Shown: positions 39,489-52,639 of the stretch, in pieces
How positions within the stretch are numbered: position 1 is the stretch's first letter
Layout: each line of letters begins with the position of its first letter
Made by a program: the position numbers and the translations under genes
Assembly: GCF_002105155.1 (NCBI RefSeq)
Contig: NW_019028981.1
Span: 1,240,001 to 1,304,000, forward strand
DNA from: Lobosporangium transversale
Lineage: Eukaryota
Length of the DNA: 64,000 bases
Direction of reading: 5' to 3'
The notes under the pieces: generated by a model
What the model was told of the DNA's origin: nothing
Databases searched by the model: none
The model's input: only the letters and a program-made list of their open reading frames with translations

Positions 39489-40844
39489 GCATTCATGAGA
39501 AAATCCATTGATGTGTGTTCAAAACAAACTTCTCAGGATACAAATAGTATAAGCGAGTTCCAGTGCTGGTGAGATTCAAGTTAAGCATAAGCCTCAGATG
39601 GTGGATACATATTTCAGACGAGTAAAATATGCAGAGGTTCAGATAGTTTGCAAAATAAAAGCTTATTTCTATTCCTCAACTTCAACTTTCGTTGAAAAAT
39701 AACACAGCATTCTTGAGTAATCTGGGAAGTGGATTTAGATCTAACATCCTACCTTCCATTCCCTATTACCATTAACCGAGGCCCATATTTTTATATCCAA
39801 AAAGAAAAAAAAAAAAAAAAAAAAAAAGAGTCCTAAGTTTCTGCGGTTCTTTTTTTTTCTTTGACTTGGTAGCCGTTCAACATCGACCATCTGAAACAGC
39901 CAACTTCATAAAATTTCTTGGAGCTACAGATCAACACGGGGTTCGCCACCAACCACGAAGCAAGTAGAACCATATTTTCATACTACTCGACGCCATCAGA
40001 ATTTTCACACTACAAAACAGAGGAAATCTATCAGTAAATGCTGATGTCGTCATTTTTTTATGTCAGCTTCGGCCTTCTCCCAAGTATAAATCCAGAAGTT
40101 TGCCAAGACAGAAGTCATTAATGTGTCCATGCAGGAGCACTATTATCTGATTTTACAGTTCTTTAAGGGCTTACAGACAATAAAAAGCCATCGTTTCTTA
40201 TGTCATTGCCCTATACCATGCGCTTATCAAATTCATCATTGATAATAAAACATATCCTGGAGCTTTGGGAACTTTTGGTTGACTTTTTCATCATACAATA
40301 AACCTTTTCTCTTAAAAGTTTGACAGCTATTTTAATTGGAACAACCGAGTAGTTTTCTAGAAGTGCTATTTATACGTGCTCCGTAGTCTCTTTCAAAATC
40401 GAAAAGAACAAAACGTCCATACGGGATAGACATCTCTATTGGTCAGAAGAGGCTTCACCTGGCGAAGTGTCTATACTCCAATAATATTGCATCGTCTACC
40501 CCCTAGTCTTCGATTTTTTGATTTGCGTGACCATTGTTATTCAACAATTTAATTCTTTATTCTACGGCTTTTCTAAACAAATCTCTTGTTACTGGGAAAT
40601 GTCTGTCACTAAAAAGAGTGATAAGTTCAAATGGATGCAATATTATTGGAGATAAACATCGCATCAACCGAGCACTCTGGATCAATAGGAGCGTCTATTT
40701 CGTATAGACCTGAATCTCTATACGACTTTGAACATGCCTCTGCAGAGAGAGAGCAGTAGGAGCTGCTGTGGGGGTTGGCAAATTTCGAGGTCTACACGCA
40801 CCTGCCATAGGACCTTAATGTGTATCATTCGGATCCAAAAGTGC

Positions 40845-40878
<34 letters not shown>

Positions 40879-41087
40879 GTTTTGGAGACAATCTAAGAAC
40901 ATAACGGAGGGTTGAACAAATGATGGATTTAAAGAATGCATGGATCTGGTATACGTTGTCCAATTGAATCTCAGATGCATTTTAATGCCCCTTCAGACAT
41001 TTTATATGTTAGTTCACTCCATTGGATTCTGATGGAGGAATAATACATGTACATGTATATGTTTCTCACGGGCCAGGGGTTTCCATA

Positions 41088-41177
41088 CAAGAAAACCGCA
41101 TTCTTTTTTTTTTTTTTTTTTTTTTGATAACAAGGACCCTCAGGGTCATGGGATTTATTTTCAAGAAAACCGCATTC
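41088..41177 (-). mobile_element. Tiny poly(A)-tailed retroposed insertion with 16-bp TSD
   Basis: CAAGAAAACCGCATTC at 41088-41103 and 41162-41177 flanks T22 plus 36 nt. The minus strand reads AATAAA...GACCCTGAGGGTC...poly(A). Confidence 0.75.
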
Positions 41178-41885
41178 CTTATATTCTAATACAGTTGCCT
41201 AAAATCTCAAGCGCCCGTCATTCGAAGCAAATACGTTTAGAAGCTTTGGGTGACTTCTTGTGGGCTTTTCAACATTCAACCACCTATTCTTCTTAAATAC
41301 TTGATGCATCAACTATGATTGCCAAAACTTATTTTCAAGCGCTGAAAGCAGCTATAGACTTTTGGAGTAACCACTAAAAGCGGCTTTAGAAAGCCCAGCC
41401 TTATCGATGCACATATGGGGAAGCCCATTTGAAGGGCTAACTGTCATAAGTGAGCTTCTGCATGTGTTTTTATTACTTTTATCAATATACTTCAATACTC
41501 TCGAGTAGGTTTAAATGGATAAAAGAATAGATGGATCTGTATGCGCCGTCTCATTCTTTCCTCGAGTAAATAATGCAAAGTGTGATGTCCACTGAATTTT
41601 CACACGACAAACCGCAGCATGGAAACGTACAGTTCATTATCCAGAAATAAAAAAATAAAAAAAAAAAATAATGAAAAACACGTGTGTGGAGAAGGAGCGG
41701 AGCATTTTTTTTTTTTTTTTTTTCTGATATGATTGGGTTCCATTTTTTTTTTTTTTTTTTTTTTTTAAGACGTATCTATCGTGGTCTCAAAGTCTTTTGA
41801 TGACATTTTTTTTTCCGACAAATTCTCATTGCTCCAGACTGACGAATTTTTTTTTTTTTTTCTCTTTAAAAAGACCAGTTTCTAG

Positions 41886-42514
41886 ATCAATCAGGACAAG
41901 ATTTAGCACAGTGTTGTTATCGTCTTTTTGATTCAGATCTGTTCCAAAACAATACTCTCAGCATCACTTCCACCATTAGTGATCGTGCAGTCCAGGTACA
42001 GTTTTGATCAGAAATTGATTATAGAGATAGGGCTACAAATGATGTAACAGGTTGTTAGGGTATGACAGAAAAAAAAAAGGAAACGAATGTCTTTATTCAT
42101 TTAAGAAGACTAAGGATTGCGCGAGGGCTGTGCGAGTCATGCATGAATGAATGATATGATATCATTTTTAGAAAAAAAAAAAAAAGCGGACACACAGGCG
42201 TATTATACCCATTAATGCTAGTTTACTAATTGTGCAAAAGAAATCGGTTCATCCTCTTTAGAACCAAGCCGAAGAGGATTTATGGGTTACATATCATTTT
42301 CTTTACTATGCGGGCATGGTAACACCCAAGGCCTATAATTGGATGCTAACCAGCGAGTTCTTTGCAAAACTCAAGTATCAAATTTTGCGGATGGGTGGTA
42401 AGAAAAAAAAAATAATACAGAATAGACAATGGCTATTTTTTTCATCTTCTTCAGTACCAGGAAACGGAGGCAACGTGGGGGTTTATCAGTGGCTGATCTT
42501 TTCATATAATTTTA

Positions 42515-42549
<35 letters not shown>

Positions 42550-43970
42550 CATTTAGGCATGCGCCTACAACCTCTTGCTATCACTTTAATGTATGAGATC
42601 TGTCGGGTTCAATCTTTGAAACCCCAAGAGTTAGGTAAGAAGGACTCTACAAATGAACCTCTACATGTGCTTTTATGTACCTTTTATATATATATATACT
42701 AAATATTATGCCTGTATGGAATGCTACTATATAGCGATTTTGGATGAAGATTTCCTTCATTACTTGCTGGATCTCGTGGAGCGGACGAGGACGGATGAGG
42801 ATGAAGGAGTAAACTATAGCATTATCAAGCTACTATTAACATGTAATGAGCAATTCATGTTGAACCAAACAGCTTGCAAGGCTGCTTACAATTATACACC
42901 TTCCAACACTCTACTTGTTGTCCTGGCAGACCGACCTGGTGCAAGCTGTACATTTGGCGAAAACCTAATCTTTATGTTAAACCGAGCAGGTAAAAAAAAG
43001 AAAAAAAAAAAAAAAACTGGATATTCATATGAAACTCAAGGTTTTGGACATGGTTGATTAACAATTTTCTTTCTTCTTTCTCTATAACTTTTGCTGCATA
43101 GATGATCCATCTCTTCAAATGTTAATTCTCAAGCTTCTCTATCTCCTCTTCACATCGCCGAAAATACAACTTCGGCACTTCTTTTATACCAATGATCTAC
43201 ACGTACTTGTGGATGTAATCATTCGAGAGCTTTGGGACCTACCTGAGGAACAGGAGCCAATCCGGCATGCTTACCTTCGAGTTTTGGGGCCATTGCTCAA
43301 GAACAGTCAACTCGCACAGGAGCAGGATACATATAAACGTCCGGAAATCCTCAAGCTATTGGCACAGTTGGGTGGTGAAGAGATGGATGAATCATTGAGA
43401 CAGCATTTATGGGAACAGGAGATGAGGGAATTAGAGAAGCTACAGGCAGAGAACGAAAATAGAAAGTTGACCTATCGCGATCGACAGAGCAGCAATGCCA
43501 CTATTGCATCTACATCTACATCCTCAACTACATCTACGCCACTTTCTTCTTTTTCTTCGCGTCCACAAATGAGAAGCTCTAGCATCAGCAGTTGTAGTTG
43601 CAGTAGTAGCAGTAGTAGTCTTTGTAGTAGTCCTATCGTAGACAAAAAAACAGCACATGCCATTCAGAGACCAGCATCTTCTTCTTCTGTAAGCAGTGCT
43701 GGGTCAGTGATTCTCGAGAATGTGTTGCCACCAACAAGTGGTCATAGTAGCTGTCCTGTTCATATGCACATGGCCTCACCACCATCAACACCAGGAGCCA
43801 TATCAGGATTCATTGAGCGACGAGATTCATCTCTACCTCCTCGATCTGCCAGCCCAACAACTCAACGGTTGGTGGAGCGGGTGTTGCGGGAATGGCTCGA
43901 GCATGAACTCAAGGCTACTGCTGCTGCTGCTACTGCTGCTGCTGTATCATCTACCACCACTCACTGTTAA
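41886..43970 (+). CDS. SPIN90/Ldb17/Dip1-like protein (Arp2/3 activator family), 5' end not found
   Basis: Spliced exons encode [43 protein letters not shown] and [22 protein letters not shown]. No convincing start exon lies between 41622 and 41886. Confidence 0.78.
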
Positions 43971-45027
43971 TTAGGAAAGAAGGGGAAAAAAAAAAAAGCG
44001 CCACACCTTTACTTCTTTTTGTAATATATAATGATTAATTCAATCAGTCTCACTCTTCTGATGCATAAAAGCTTTACCAGCATTATTAAATGACAATATG
44101 GTTTCTTTTTCTTTTTTCTTTTCGACCTCCAAAAGAGGTCTTGCAACACATCACCCAATTCTACTAAATCTCGTTCATGTTGATTATAAGTATCCTCTGG
44201 CTCATTCAACACGCAGTCATGACTGCTGAAGGACATGAGTTTGTTTCTAACTATTTGCTCCACAGATACCGCCTTTGTAGTGCCTACATCAACACCAGGC
44301 ACCTAAGCATTCACTCCTCCACATTGTAGGGGGAGTAGTCCTATAAGACGTGTTTTGGCCATGAGCATCCTTGTATCAGAAATGGTCACCAAGCTATCCT
44401 AAAGGACCACGCTAGACATTGGACTCAAAATCATTGAATGGCCTGGGAAAGATGAGATTAATGGTGATTGCTTAAATCATTGGATGCATTGGTATATGCC
44501 GCATATGCATTATCATTAATATTGCAATTACAATTACTATTATTATTACCACTCTTACTACAGCTGCGGGACAACGGACTTCCAAGGGAAAATTTTCTGA
44601 TGGTGAAGTTGCGGCGAACGAAAAGAATTTGGTTAATGTTGGTAAGATCTCGTGATAAAGCGTATATCCATATGGTAACTAGGGTTTGATTGATTTGAAG
44701 CCATTATTCCTTCTCTTGTTAGCTGATGCCTATCTCATTGTAAGAGTCGCTTTTTCCATCTGCACACAGGATGTTGTTTTATAGCTTATTGTTTGGAAAG
44801 CTATCGCTTCTGACATTGTCAGCCAATTGGAGGTCTCGATCTCAGTAAATACAATCAATATACCAATCCTTGCCATATTTTCCGCATTTAATACAGATGT
44901 CCTGCAAGTGTATGTTTAATTATATTTATTATATTTATACAGTTTATACAGGGCTTATATATTATTTTACAACTTTCCACGTGTAATAGTACTGTACATC
45001 TTTATGCCCTTTATCCAAGCGAAGGCT

Positions 45028-47065
45028 TCACTTACAACTGTTCTTATTCTCCTTCTTCAACTCACGAACCTCTTGAACGATGGACACGTCTTGTTTAAGA
45101 ATGAGAGGCTCATAGTGATATGTGCCACGCCTCCATCCTGATTTCAAAGAGCTCCTTCTTTGTCCTTGTCTCAACCGCGTCAGTGTGTCTTGAATGACTG
45201 CCTTTGCCGCAAGAAGAGGAGGGGCCAGAGCAAAGAAGGCACCAAAATAGTACCTGGACAGGATAAGATCAAACGAGCCCAAAAGGGTCGGCACATACAG
45301 TGCTTCATATGGCAGCGTCATGTTCCAGACCTCCACCCGGTGTCCCTGAGCGAGGATGCCAACCACAGGTCCATCTACTCCGCAGTCAAGAAGGCCGTCC
45401 AAACAGCGCTTCATTTCGATGAACAGCTTCACACGATCTCGGTCATATTCATGATCGGATCCATCCATTTTCTTGACCTCTCCGACAAGGACTGTGTGCT
45501 GAGGAGTGGATGTTGTCGATAGCATGACATCGGGATAGAGGAGTTCACCCTCGCCGATATGTCCTGTCTTTAGAGTGTTGCGGGTCCTATTTGTGATTTA
45601 TAAATGCAGTCTCTTGTCAGTAAAGATGTATATGGATCTCAGATCAGCCCTAACAGTAGATCAACAGATGCAAAGATGCACTTACCAACATAATCTTGCC
45701 TCTGTAAACTGTCCAAAGAATGCGTTCATAAGTGGTTTGAGGAAGCGTTCAATGAAAGAGTCTTCATTGTCTCGGACAAGGACAGTATCGGCCCACAGCA
45801 CCGATGTCGACATTAGGCTCTGGGCGGCTAGGAAGAGAGGTGATGTGATGAGATCAAGCTTGACGCCCAGAGAATACAGGGTTCGTAGTGCCTCTTCGCG
45901 TCCTTGCTGGCAGCATGCCTCTGCTAGGCCTACTATAAATGCCTTGTCGCTATCGCCAAGGGCTCGCCTCCATTGAGCCAGCTGCTCGTCTTGGAGGTTG
46001 TGGATGAGCGGATCGAAAAACACAAAGTTCAAGGATAGAATCTCCTTTATCTGAAAATCCTGCAGAAACGATTCATCTTCAACTTGGCGACGCCTATAGC
46101 TCATGAGCATCGTGGAAACACACATGCCATCCTTGTAGTACAAGGAGTCTCCACTGAGTTCCGATGTGCGAGTTCCTGGTCCCACAAGGCGGCAGATTCC
46201 GACTGGTGGTGAATCTTCCAAAGTACCATCAGAAAAGCAATCGCTGTGAAGCGACGAATCGAACGGATCGGATGATGGTAGCTCTAGCTCACCGATATCT
46301 AAAAAAAAAAAAATAAAAAAATAAAATAAATCATGTCTCGCCGTTAATAAAGAGCATAGAAATATAACCTGAACAGAAATACAAAGCTTTCTCAGGACGT
46401 ACTATGCGGAAGGTCTAGACTTTGAAATGAAAAGCCCACCTCACCTTCTTCACTTCCAGAGATGTCAGACTCTGCCGTCTCCTGGTTCTCGTCCCCTACG
46501 TTTCCAAGGTTACGGACTGGGTCCACTGTATGTTAGTATATTCACTCCCCTTCATCCCATTCATTGTCCAAAGATGAGTTTGATACATACCATTTGAAAG
46601 TCGAGTTCGCTTGCTGTAGAATTGATATGTGTCCTCGAGCTGGTCTACAGCATTCTCTCGTACAGCCACTAGTTGTCTCTTGTGATTCAATTCATCGCGC
46701 CGACTTAGCTCTTCAGTAAGGACCTGCTCCCAAAAGTTCTCTGTTGCTCCTGTCTCGCTCCACTCGCGCTTCAGCCGTTTGTGCTGCTCCGAAAGGCGCT
46801 GTATAGGGCTGTGCTCGATGATAGATAAGATATCGTGCCCCCATAAATTATGGTAATGGGCTTTTTGATAGTGGTTGGGTTTGCAGTGTCGGAAGTACTC
46901 TATGTGGTTAATAGAGCTAGGGTCCTTGAGTGAAGAGAAGTAATCTGACCCAGTAATGCCCATGAATGCATCCGACCACCTCTCATTCTTCTTCACAGAG
47001 CGAGGTTGTGACCCCTTCGAGCCGCTTGCCTGAGCCCCCTTCTCCTTCGACGCTTCTTTAGGCAT
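45028..47065 (-). CDS. PD-(D/E)xK restriction-endonuclease-fold protein (Crinkler-associated REase-like), paralog A, multi-exon
   Basis: Spliced C-terminus ELLYPD...LVGEVK...DRVKLFIEMKRCLD...VVGILAQG. ORF pieces 47065-46496, 46221-45682 and 45525-45028 with GT-AG introns. Confidence 0.7.
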
Positions 47066-47368
47066 GCAGACGGCTGAAATATTGGCTCTATAGATTGAAA
47101 ACAGCGAAGCCTGTTGTCACGAATGTAATCGAGGAATGTGAAAGTGACCAACTGTAACTGCTCGCTGATGCTGAGGGATATGGTTCATTTGCCACCCAAT
47201 TCATTTGTTTCATTTTAGAATTGCTTCTAAAAATGGCCATGACGCTGTGGCTTTGAATAATTCAAATAAAGGTTATGCTTCCGCGTCTTCACATTCAGTT
47301 TGACTTATCCACATCTCGTTTTCACATCGCCTGTTGATTGTCGCTCTGGAGACTCACGATGTATGCTG

Positions 47369-47763
47369 CCGGGGATAGTTCATCAGAATGGATGGGTGAT
47401 CAAGTATGGATTATGCTTGATCCCTTCATTTAACCGGGCTCTCCTGAGAGCTGCCGATGGAGACCTGGTGACGAACTATCTTCTGCAATAGATGGGCGCT
47501 TTGTTCAGCTAGGGCAGAAGGTCGAGCAAGGAGCTGCACCATCTTGGTATACAGGCTTATAACAAGTCTTTCGTGCAATGATGGCACCGGGGGTAGTTCA
47601 TCAGAATGAAGAGTCGATCAAGCATGAATTGTGCTCGATTCCTTCCTTCAGTCAGGTTCTTCTGAGAGCTGCCGATGAAGACCTGACGGCGAACTATCTT
47701 CTGTAATAGATGGGCGCTTTGTTCAGCCAAGGCAGAAGGTCGAGCAAAGAATTGCATCATCTT
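47369..47763. repeat. Two diverged ~177-bp direct repeats, 218-bp period
   Basis: 47369-47545 vs 47587-47763 share e.g. AATAGATGGGCGCTTTGTTCAGC and GCAGAAGGTCGAGCAA. Confidence 0.9.
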
Positions 47764-49341
47764 ACCATCATGACCAGGAAATGACATCAATACCATCAAC
47801 CAGCCATCATTCGTTGGCATACCCAATACCCAAGCCACGAGCATGCCTTGTTTTGTGTTATTGTTCGTCTGCGTTTAGAAACTAGATGTCTGCACTGACA
47901 TGACCTCTTTTTGCACCAAATAGGGCTTTTGCTTAACTTCTAGAACGCACATGATGTTATCAGTTCCAGCGTTTAGAGCTACCAGTAGGCGTCGACACTC
48001 TGTTGAGAACTACTCCGGATCCTGTCTAAACGAAAGTCTCAGGACCAGAAGTAGTGTTACTTCTGTTTTTTTTTTTTTTTTTTTTTTTTTTTTGTTTCTA
48101 TTTTCTGTCCTTTCTATAGCTCTATGTCTTTTTTTTTTTTTTCCCTTCATCGGACTATAGGTTTAATGTTAGATCCTGTATTTCACAATAAAATTTTTAT
48201 CCGCTTTTTTTATCTTGGTCCGTACAGCATGCGACAGAGCTAGAGTCTTTGTTGGTGTCCTGAAGGAAGAATGAAGAGTCCATTCTCATTGTATTCTACT
48301 AGTAGACCAGCTGTATATTTCATCAATCAAGTTTACCATGAAAAAAAAAAAAAAAAAAAAAAAAAAAGATCTGGGTTTTGGTGTACTGGCTGCAAGGATA
48401 CTATAATACTCTTATCCTCACATTCTCTTGAGATCATGGGGGGAATAGATGCCTACTGAGTGAATATCGGGTGTCCGCTCTTGGCGTGCACTCCATGAGA
48501 TGGATGTACTTGTGCGTATTTTATGATTCAGTAGTGAGAATATCATGAAGTCGACGGTATCATAGCGTTATTCTGGTCTACCGGTCAGAGGACACCTCTG
48601 CGCCTCCTACAAGGGTTTATCAAATTCGGCTTTTAATTTGAACTAACCATTCTACAAGCACGATTGATGTAGACAACAGGTATAGTCTGTTGCTGATTGT
48701 GAAGCAATCTGCTTTGTGGATTTATCCTACAAACATACCACATCCTTCCTGTTCATGAGTGTGATATCTGCCTAGTGTGGTCTTCTTGCGAATACCAGAG
48801 TAACCGCCCCTGGCGCCATAAACGACTTTATTAGCTCACCTAAAAATCAATTACTATATTTTTAAGGTTTTAAATTAAGTAAAGTACTTCCATGTCGACA
48901 AGGTCAAGGTGTTCTTAAAGCGCTGATGAAGTAGGAGATCTAACAGGGTGACATTAGATTAGGACAGATAAATTCTGCCTTTTTACCACGTCAGAAAATT
49001 TAATAATGCTTTTTTGTTCTAAATTGAGGCACTATTTTTTACTTCTGCAAAGCCAAAATAAAAATAAAACCAAAAAAAAGTACAAAATAAAGCACAAGGA
49101 TATAATACACTATGAAAAATAAAAACAATTAAAGGCCATCAAACAACTAAGTATTATTCAGTATTGGATAAGAGTGTTAATAGAACGCCAGAAATAAAGG
49201 GTATAGAAATGAAAAAACCGAAGATCAAATGAATTGTGACTACAAAGCATCCTTAAAGATAATGCTTAATTCCTAACAGACCCATTTCATTTAAATCCAT
49301 CTTCCTACTCTTGATTAGATGCTCCTTACGTCACCTCAGCT

Positions 49342-49485
49342 TTAGCTTGTATCGTCGCTATTATTGGGATGGATCATTATAGGGGCGATATGATAGGAGG
49401 GACGACAGAACTGACCTTTGGGTGATGGATTTGAGGTTGGTCGTCGGCGCAGTGTTTTTCTTGTTTCTTCAACCAACTCCTACAG

Positions 49486-49534
<49 letters not shown>

Positions 49535-49564
49535 AGCGAGGCTTAAAACATACTGACTCTCGAG

Positions 49565-49596
<32 letters not shown>

Positions 49597-51672
49597 TGAC
49601 CAGAATCGCGCTGAACAGACCAGAAAGAAATAATACCTTGGCCTTCACAAATACTGAACAGATTGAAAGAACTTGTGCCATCTGGGTGTGGTCTGCAATC
49701 AAGTGAAACTGACCGACGTTCCTCAACTCATACACAGCTTCGTGCTCGAGTGCCATGTAGAATACAAGGACTTTCCACCCTTGTACCAACAGCCCAACCA
49801 CTGTGCCATCTCCATAGCCTTGTGCGATTTGATGATCGAGTGCTGATTTCATCAAGTTTGGTAGTTTGATGAAGTCGTCATCAAGCTCATCCTGGGAAGC
49901 GCTTGGAGGTTTAACCTCGGCGATTGCAAGGTAATGTTCTCCGAGGGCCTTCCTGTAGCACTCCATTGTGACCGCGAAGTCAGGGAATAAGAGCTCCTTA
50001 TCTAGCTCATATCCGCAGGTGAAGCGGTCGCCGTTACCCCTCAACTTGACATCAGGAAGCTGACCAAAGGCACATGTCAAAAAAGGGCGAACAATGTTGG
50101 TGTAGAAGCTATCCTCGTTTCCTTTTCGCTTGCTTGTGTATTTAAGAGGACTCCACAAGGTCGCTGTAATAAACATGTGGTCCAACATCTTTTGAAGTAC
50201 CTCCCATTTTTCTCCATGCTCACTCTCTACTTCTATCGATTCTCGGATCTTTCTCCATTCGCTCACCGTCGCGAGGTATCCATCGTTGGCTGCTGTGAAA
50301 GCCAGCTCTGATATAGCGAGAGCTATGGACGATGAGCGGATGGGTTGGCAGCAGGTGGTTGGGGCGAGTTCTTTTGCTTCGGTGATGTCGAGTATTACAT
50401 CCTGCGTGAAAATAAAATTTAATTGCCTAAATATCCAATCAATTAATGTTAATAGTTATATCAAGAATGGTTAAAACTACAGAAATAAGGTTATAAAGGC
50501 TTACAAAATCTCATGTACCGCCTGCAAATCTTCATGACATTTTACTAACGATGCTCGGTTTTGCATCAACTTCTGGGAAACATCTTGATCGCCAAAACAC
50601 CAGTGATCAAGCGTAAGAGATGATGACTCTTGGCCTGGTCCAACAAGACGTACAATCCGTTGGGGACGATCAATAATAACTGAGTACTCTCCTGTGGAGT
50701 CTTCCAAAGTCGTTGGTATAAAGCTTTCACTACTGCTGCTATCGTCCTCAAACGGATTACCTGGAGCCATAAATCTTGATTCATCCAAGTCAAATCGTAA
50801 CTTCTTATTTGATTCCTGATTACTCTGTGGAAAGACGGCAGCTAAAAATAGAGTAAAAACGTAATCAGTATATAGTACAATTTACTAAAGGCAAATTGAG
50901 CATCTGAGAATCATAAAACCAGTTCTTAATTTTGCAAGTTAAGCTTGTGGATGATGGAGATGGTGATGGGTATCTTGGCAAATAGGAAGCACTACAAGCC
51001 TTGTATATCTTTTAATCAATAGCACACTTACATTCATTATCATTCAGAAGCCGTTTTCCTCGTGGAGAACGCCCGAGTAGAAATGACAGTCTTTTAGATC
51101 GAGTTTAGGAAACAGGCCAAAAAAAAAAAAAAAAAAAAAAAAAAAGTAGCGACAGGAAAGTGGAAGTTAAATATCAATGGTTGTCAGTAAAAAAGTTTCT
51201 ATCATGATGAATATGCACTCGCCAAAAATTACTTGCCTTCTTGGACTTCATCAATATGCTGATCTTCTGGAGTTGTAAGTGATGGAGACGCTAATGTTTC
51301 GGTAGGAGCCTCAATGATTGCTCTATCTGCGTCCAATTGTTTCTGTAGTAAACCCTCAGCATTCCGAACAACTCTTTGCGCTGTATTGCCCACCGCTCTC
51401 CTAGTGGAAATCCGAATGGCGTTCACGGTCCAAAATCTCTCACTTTTCTTCTTCTTCCACGTATTAAATTCATCGATGAGCCGATTCCGGAGCTCTTTCT
51501 TTAACTTATTAGACCGAATTAAATTGTCGAATGCAGCTTCGGCCGAGGAACTCTCAGTAAGGTTAAATTTGTTTACAAACTCTGGGAAAAGAGTTGCATA
51601 GTTTTCCTTCTGGTCTGCGAGCCAATCAAGGTGAGTTCGAGGCACAGAGTTGGAATTATTATTGGCGTCCAT
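49342..51672 (-). CDS. PD-(D/E)xK REase-fold protein, paralog B, multi-exon
   Basis: ELLFPD...AIAEVK...DFIKLPNLMKSALD...VVGLLVQG. Shares RLVGPG, NEDSF and R.(T/S)YH motifs with paralog A. Last exon ELVEETRK...SDDTS* ends at 49342. Confidence 0.72.
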
Positions 51673-52639
51673 TGTACTGGTGTTTTTCAATTTGATTTTT
51701 CTTAGAATTAAATTTTAAACAAAGATGCGTCAATTGACTTGGCTCATCACTAGCTTGTGTGGCTTATGTGCATTGCACTAACGCTAACTGGCGTCACGAG
51801 CCTATCGGTGGCTTGGCTGTTGTGTGTATATAAAGATACAAAAATATGAAAAAAAATGATTAAGTTTGTATGAAATCTGGTAAGTCTATTGAATACAGTT
51901 TGAATACGACTTAATTGAATGTACCGAGCACAGCCATGTCACTTGCGTCTTGCAGGGTTAAGTTTAGTTCGCGGCGAGACCATCGGAGGCGGGGTGCGGC
52001 ATGTTGTAAGGAGTGTAGACATATTGTTTGGGCTACATTTCGTTTCGGTGCATGTAAAATTGTAATCTTCCAACAGTGTCCGAAAGCAAGAATTATGTTT
52101 GAGATAAATTACATCTACTAAATTGATATGTTCTTAAACAACTGCTTTGAGAATAAATGATTAAAAGTCTCTTATTAGAACCGGTGTTGTTCCACTAGTT
52201 CCACGTCAAGTTTCTGGCAAGGAAGTCCTGTGTATTGACATAGCACCGCAAAGGAAGCAATATCGGGTGTAGACAACCTTTTCTGGAACTCAATTCCAAT
52301 CACCGTTTTTGCTGGGTATCGACGCTTAAATTAATTTTTGGAACCCCTACTATCGACTAAAATATAAATAAATGCATTGTAACTGGATAGATAAGATGTA
52401 TTTTATTTTTATTTATTTTTACTTTATGATCATGAATTCGTAGCGACATGGAGGAAAACAGTCTGCAATAATAAACGACAACGAAAGGCTAATATATAGC
52501 CCATCCCATTAAAAGGATTTTCCATCTAAAAAGAAAATACATTAATAAAAAAAATATATTGTCAAGCTCATATATACTTACAACTTTTTTTAAAACGAAG
52601 ACCCTTCGAGGTCTATTAATGTTTGTTGTAGTAGAAGTT

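Larger units (their letters stand above)
38086..41621 (+). repeat. 3.5-kb direct repeat, left copy (partner 56765-60302)
   Basis: Collinear match from TATTACCATTAAAGG to AACCGCAGCATG. Confidence 0.95.

Noticed and set aside
44009..44460. Coding-looking minus-strand fragment
   Set aside because: Interrupted by stops, with no recognisable motif.
47560..47605. Minus-strand CTGATGA...GTGC-loop-GCAC-GAAA resembling a hammerhead ribozyme core
   Set aside because: Ten extra nucleotides separate CUGAUGA from the putative stem II, stems I and III were not found, and the sister repeat lacks the GAAA.
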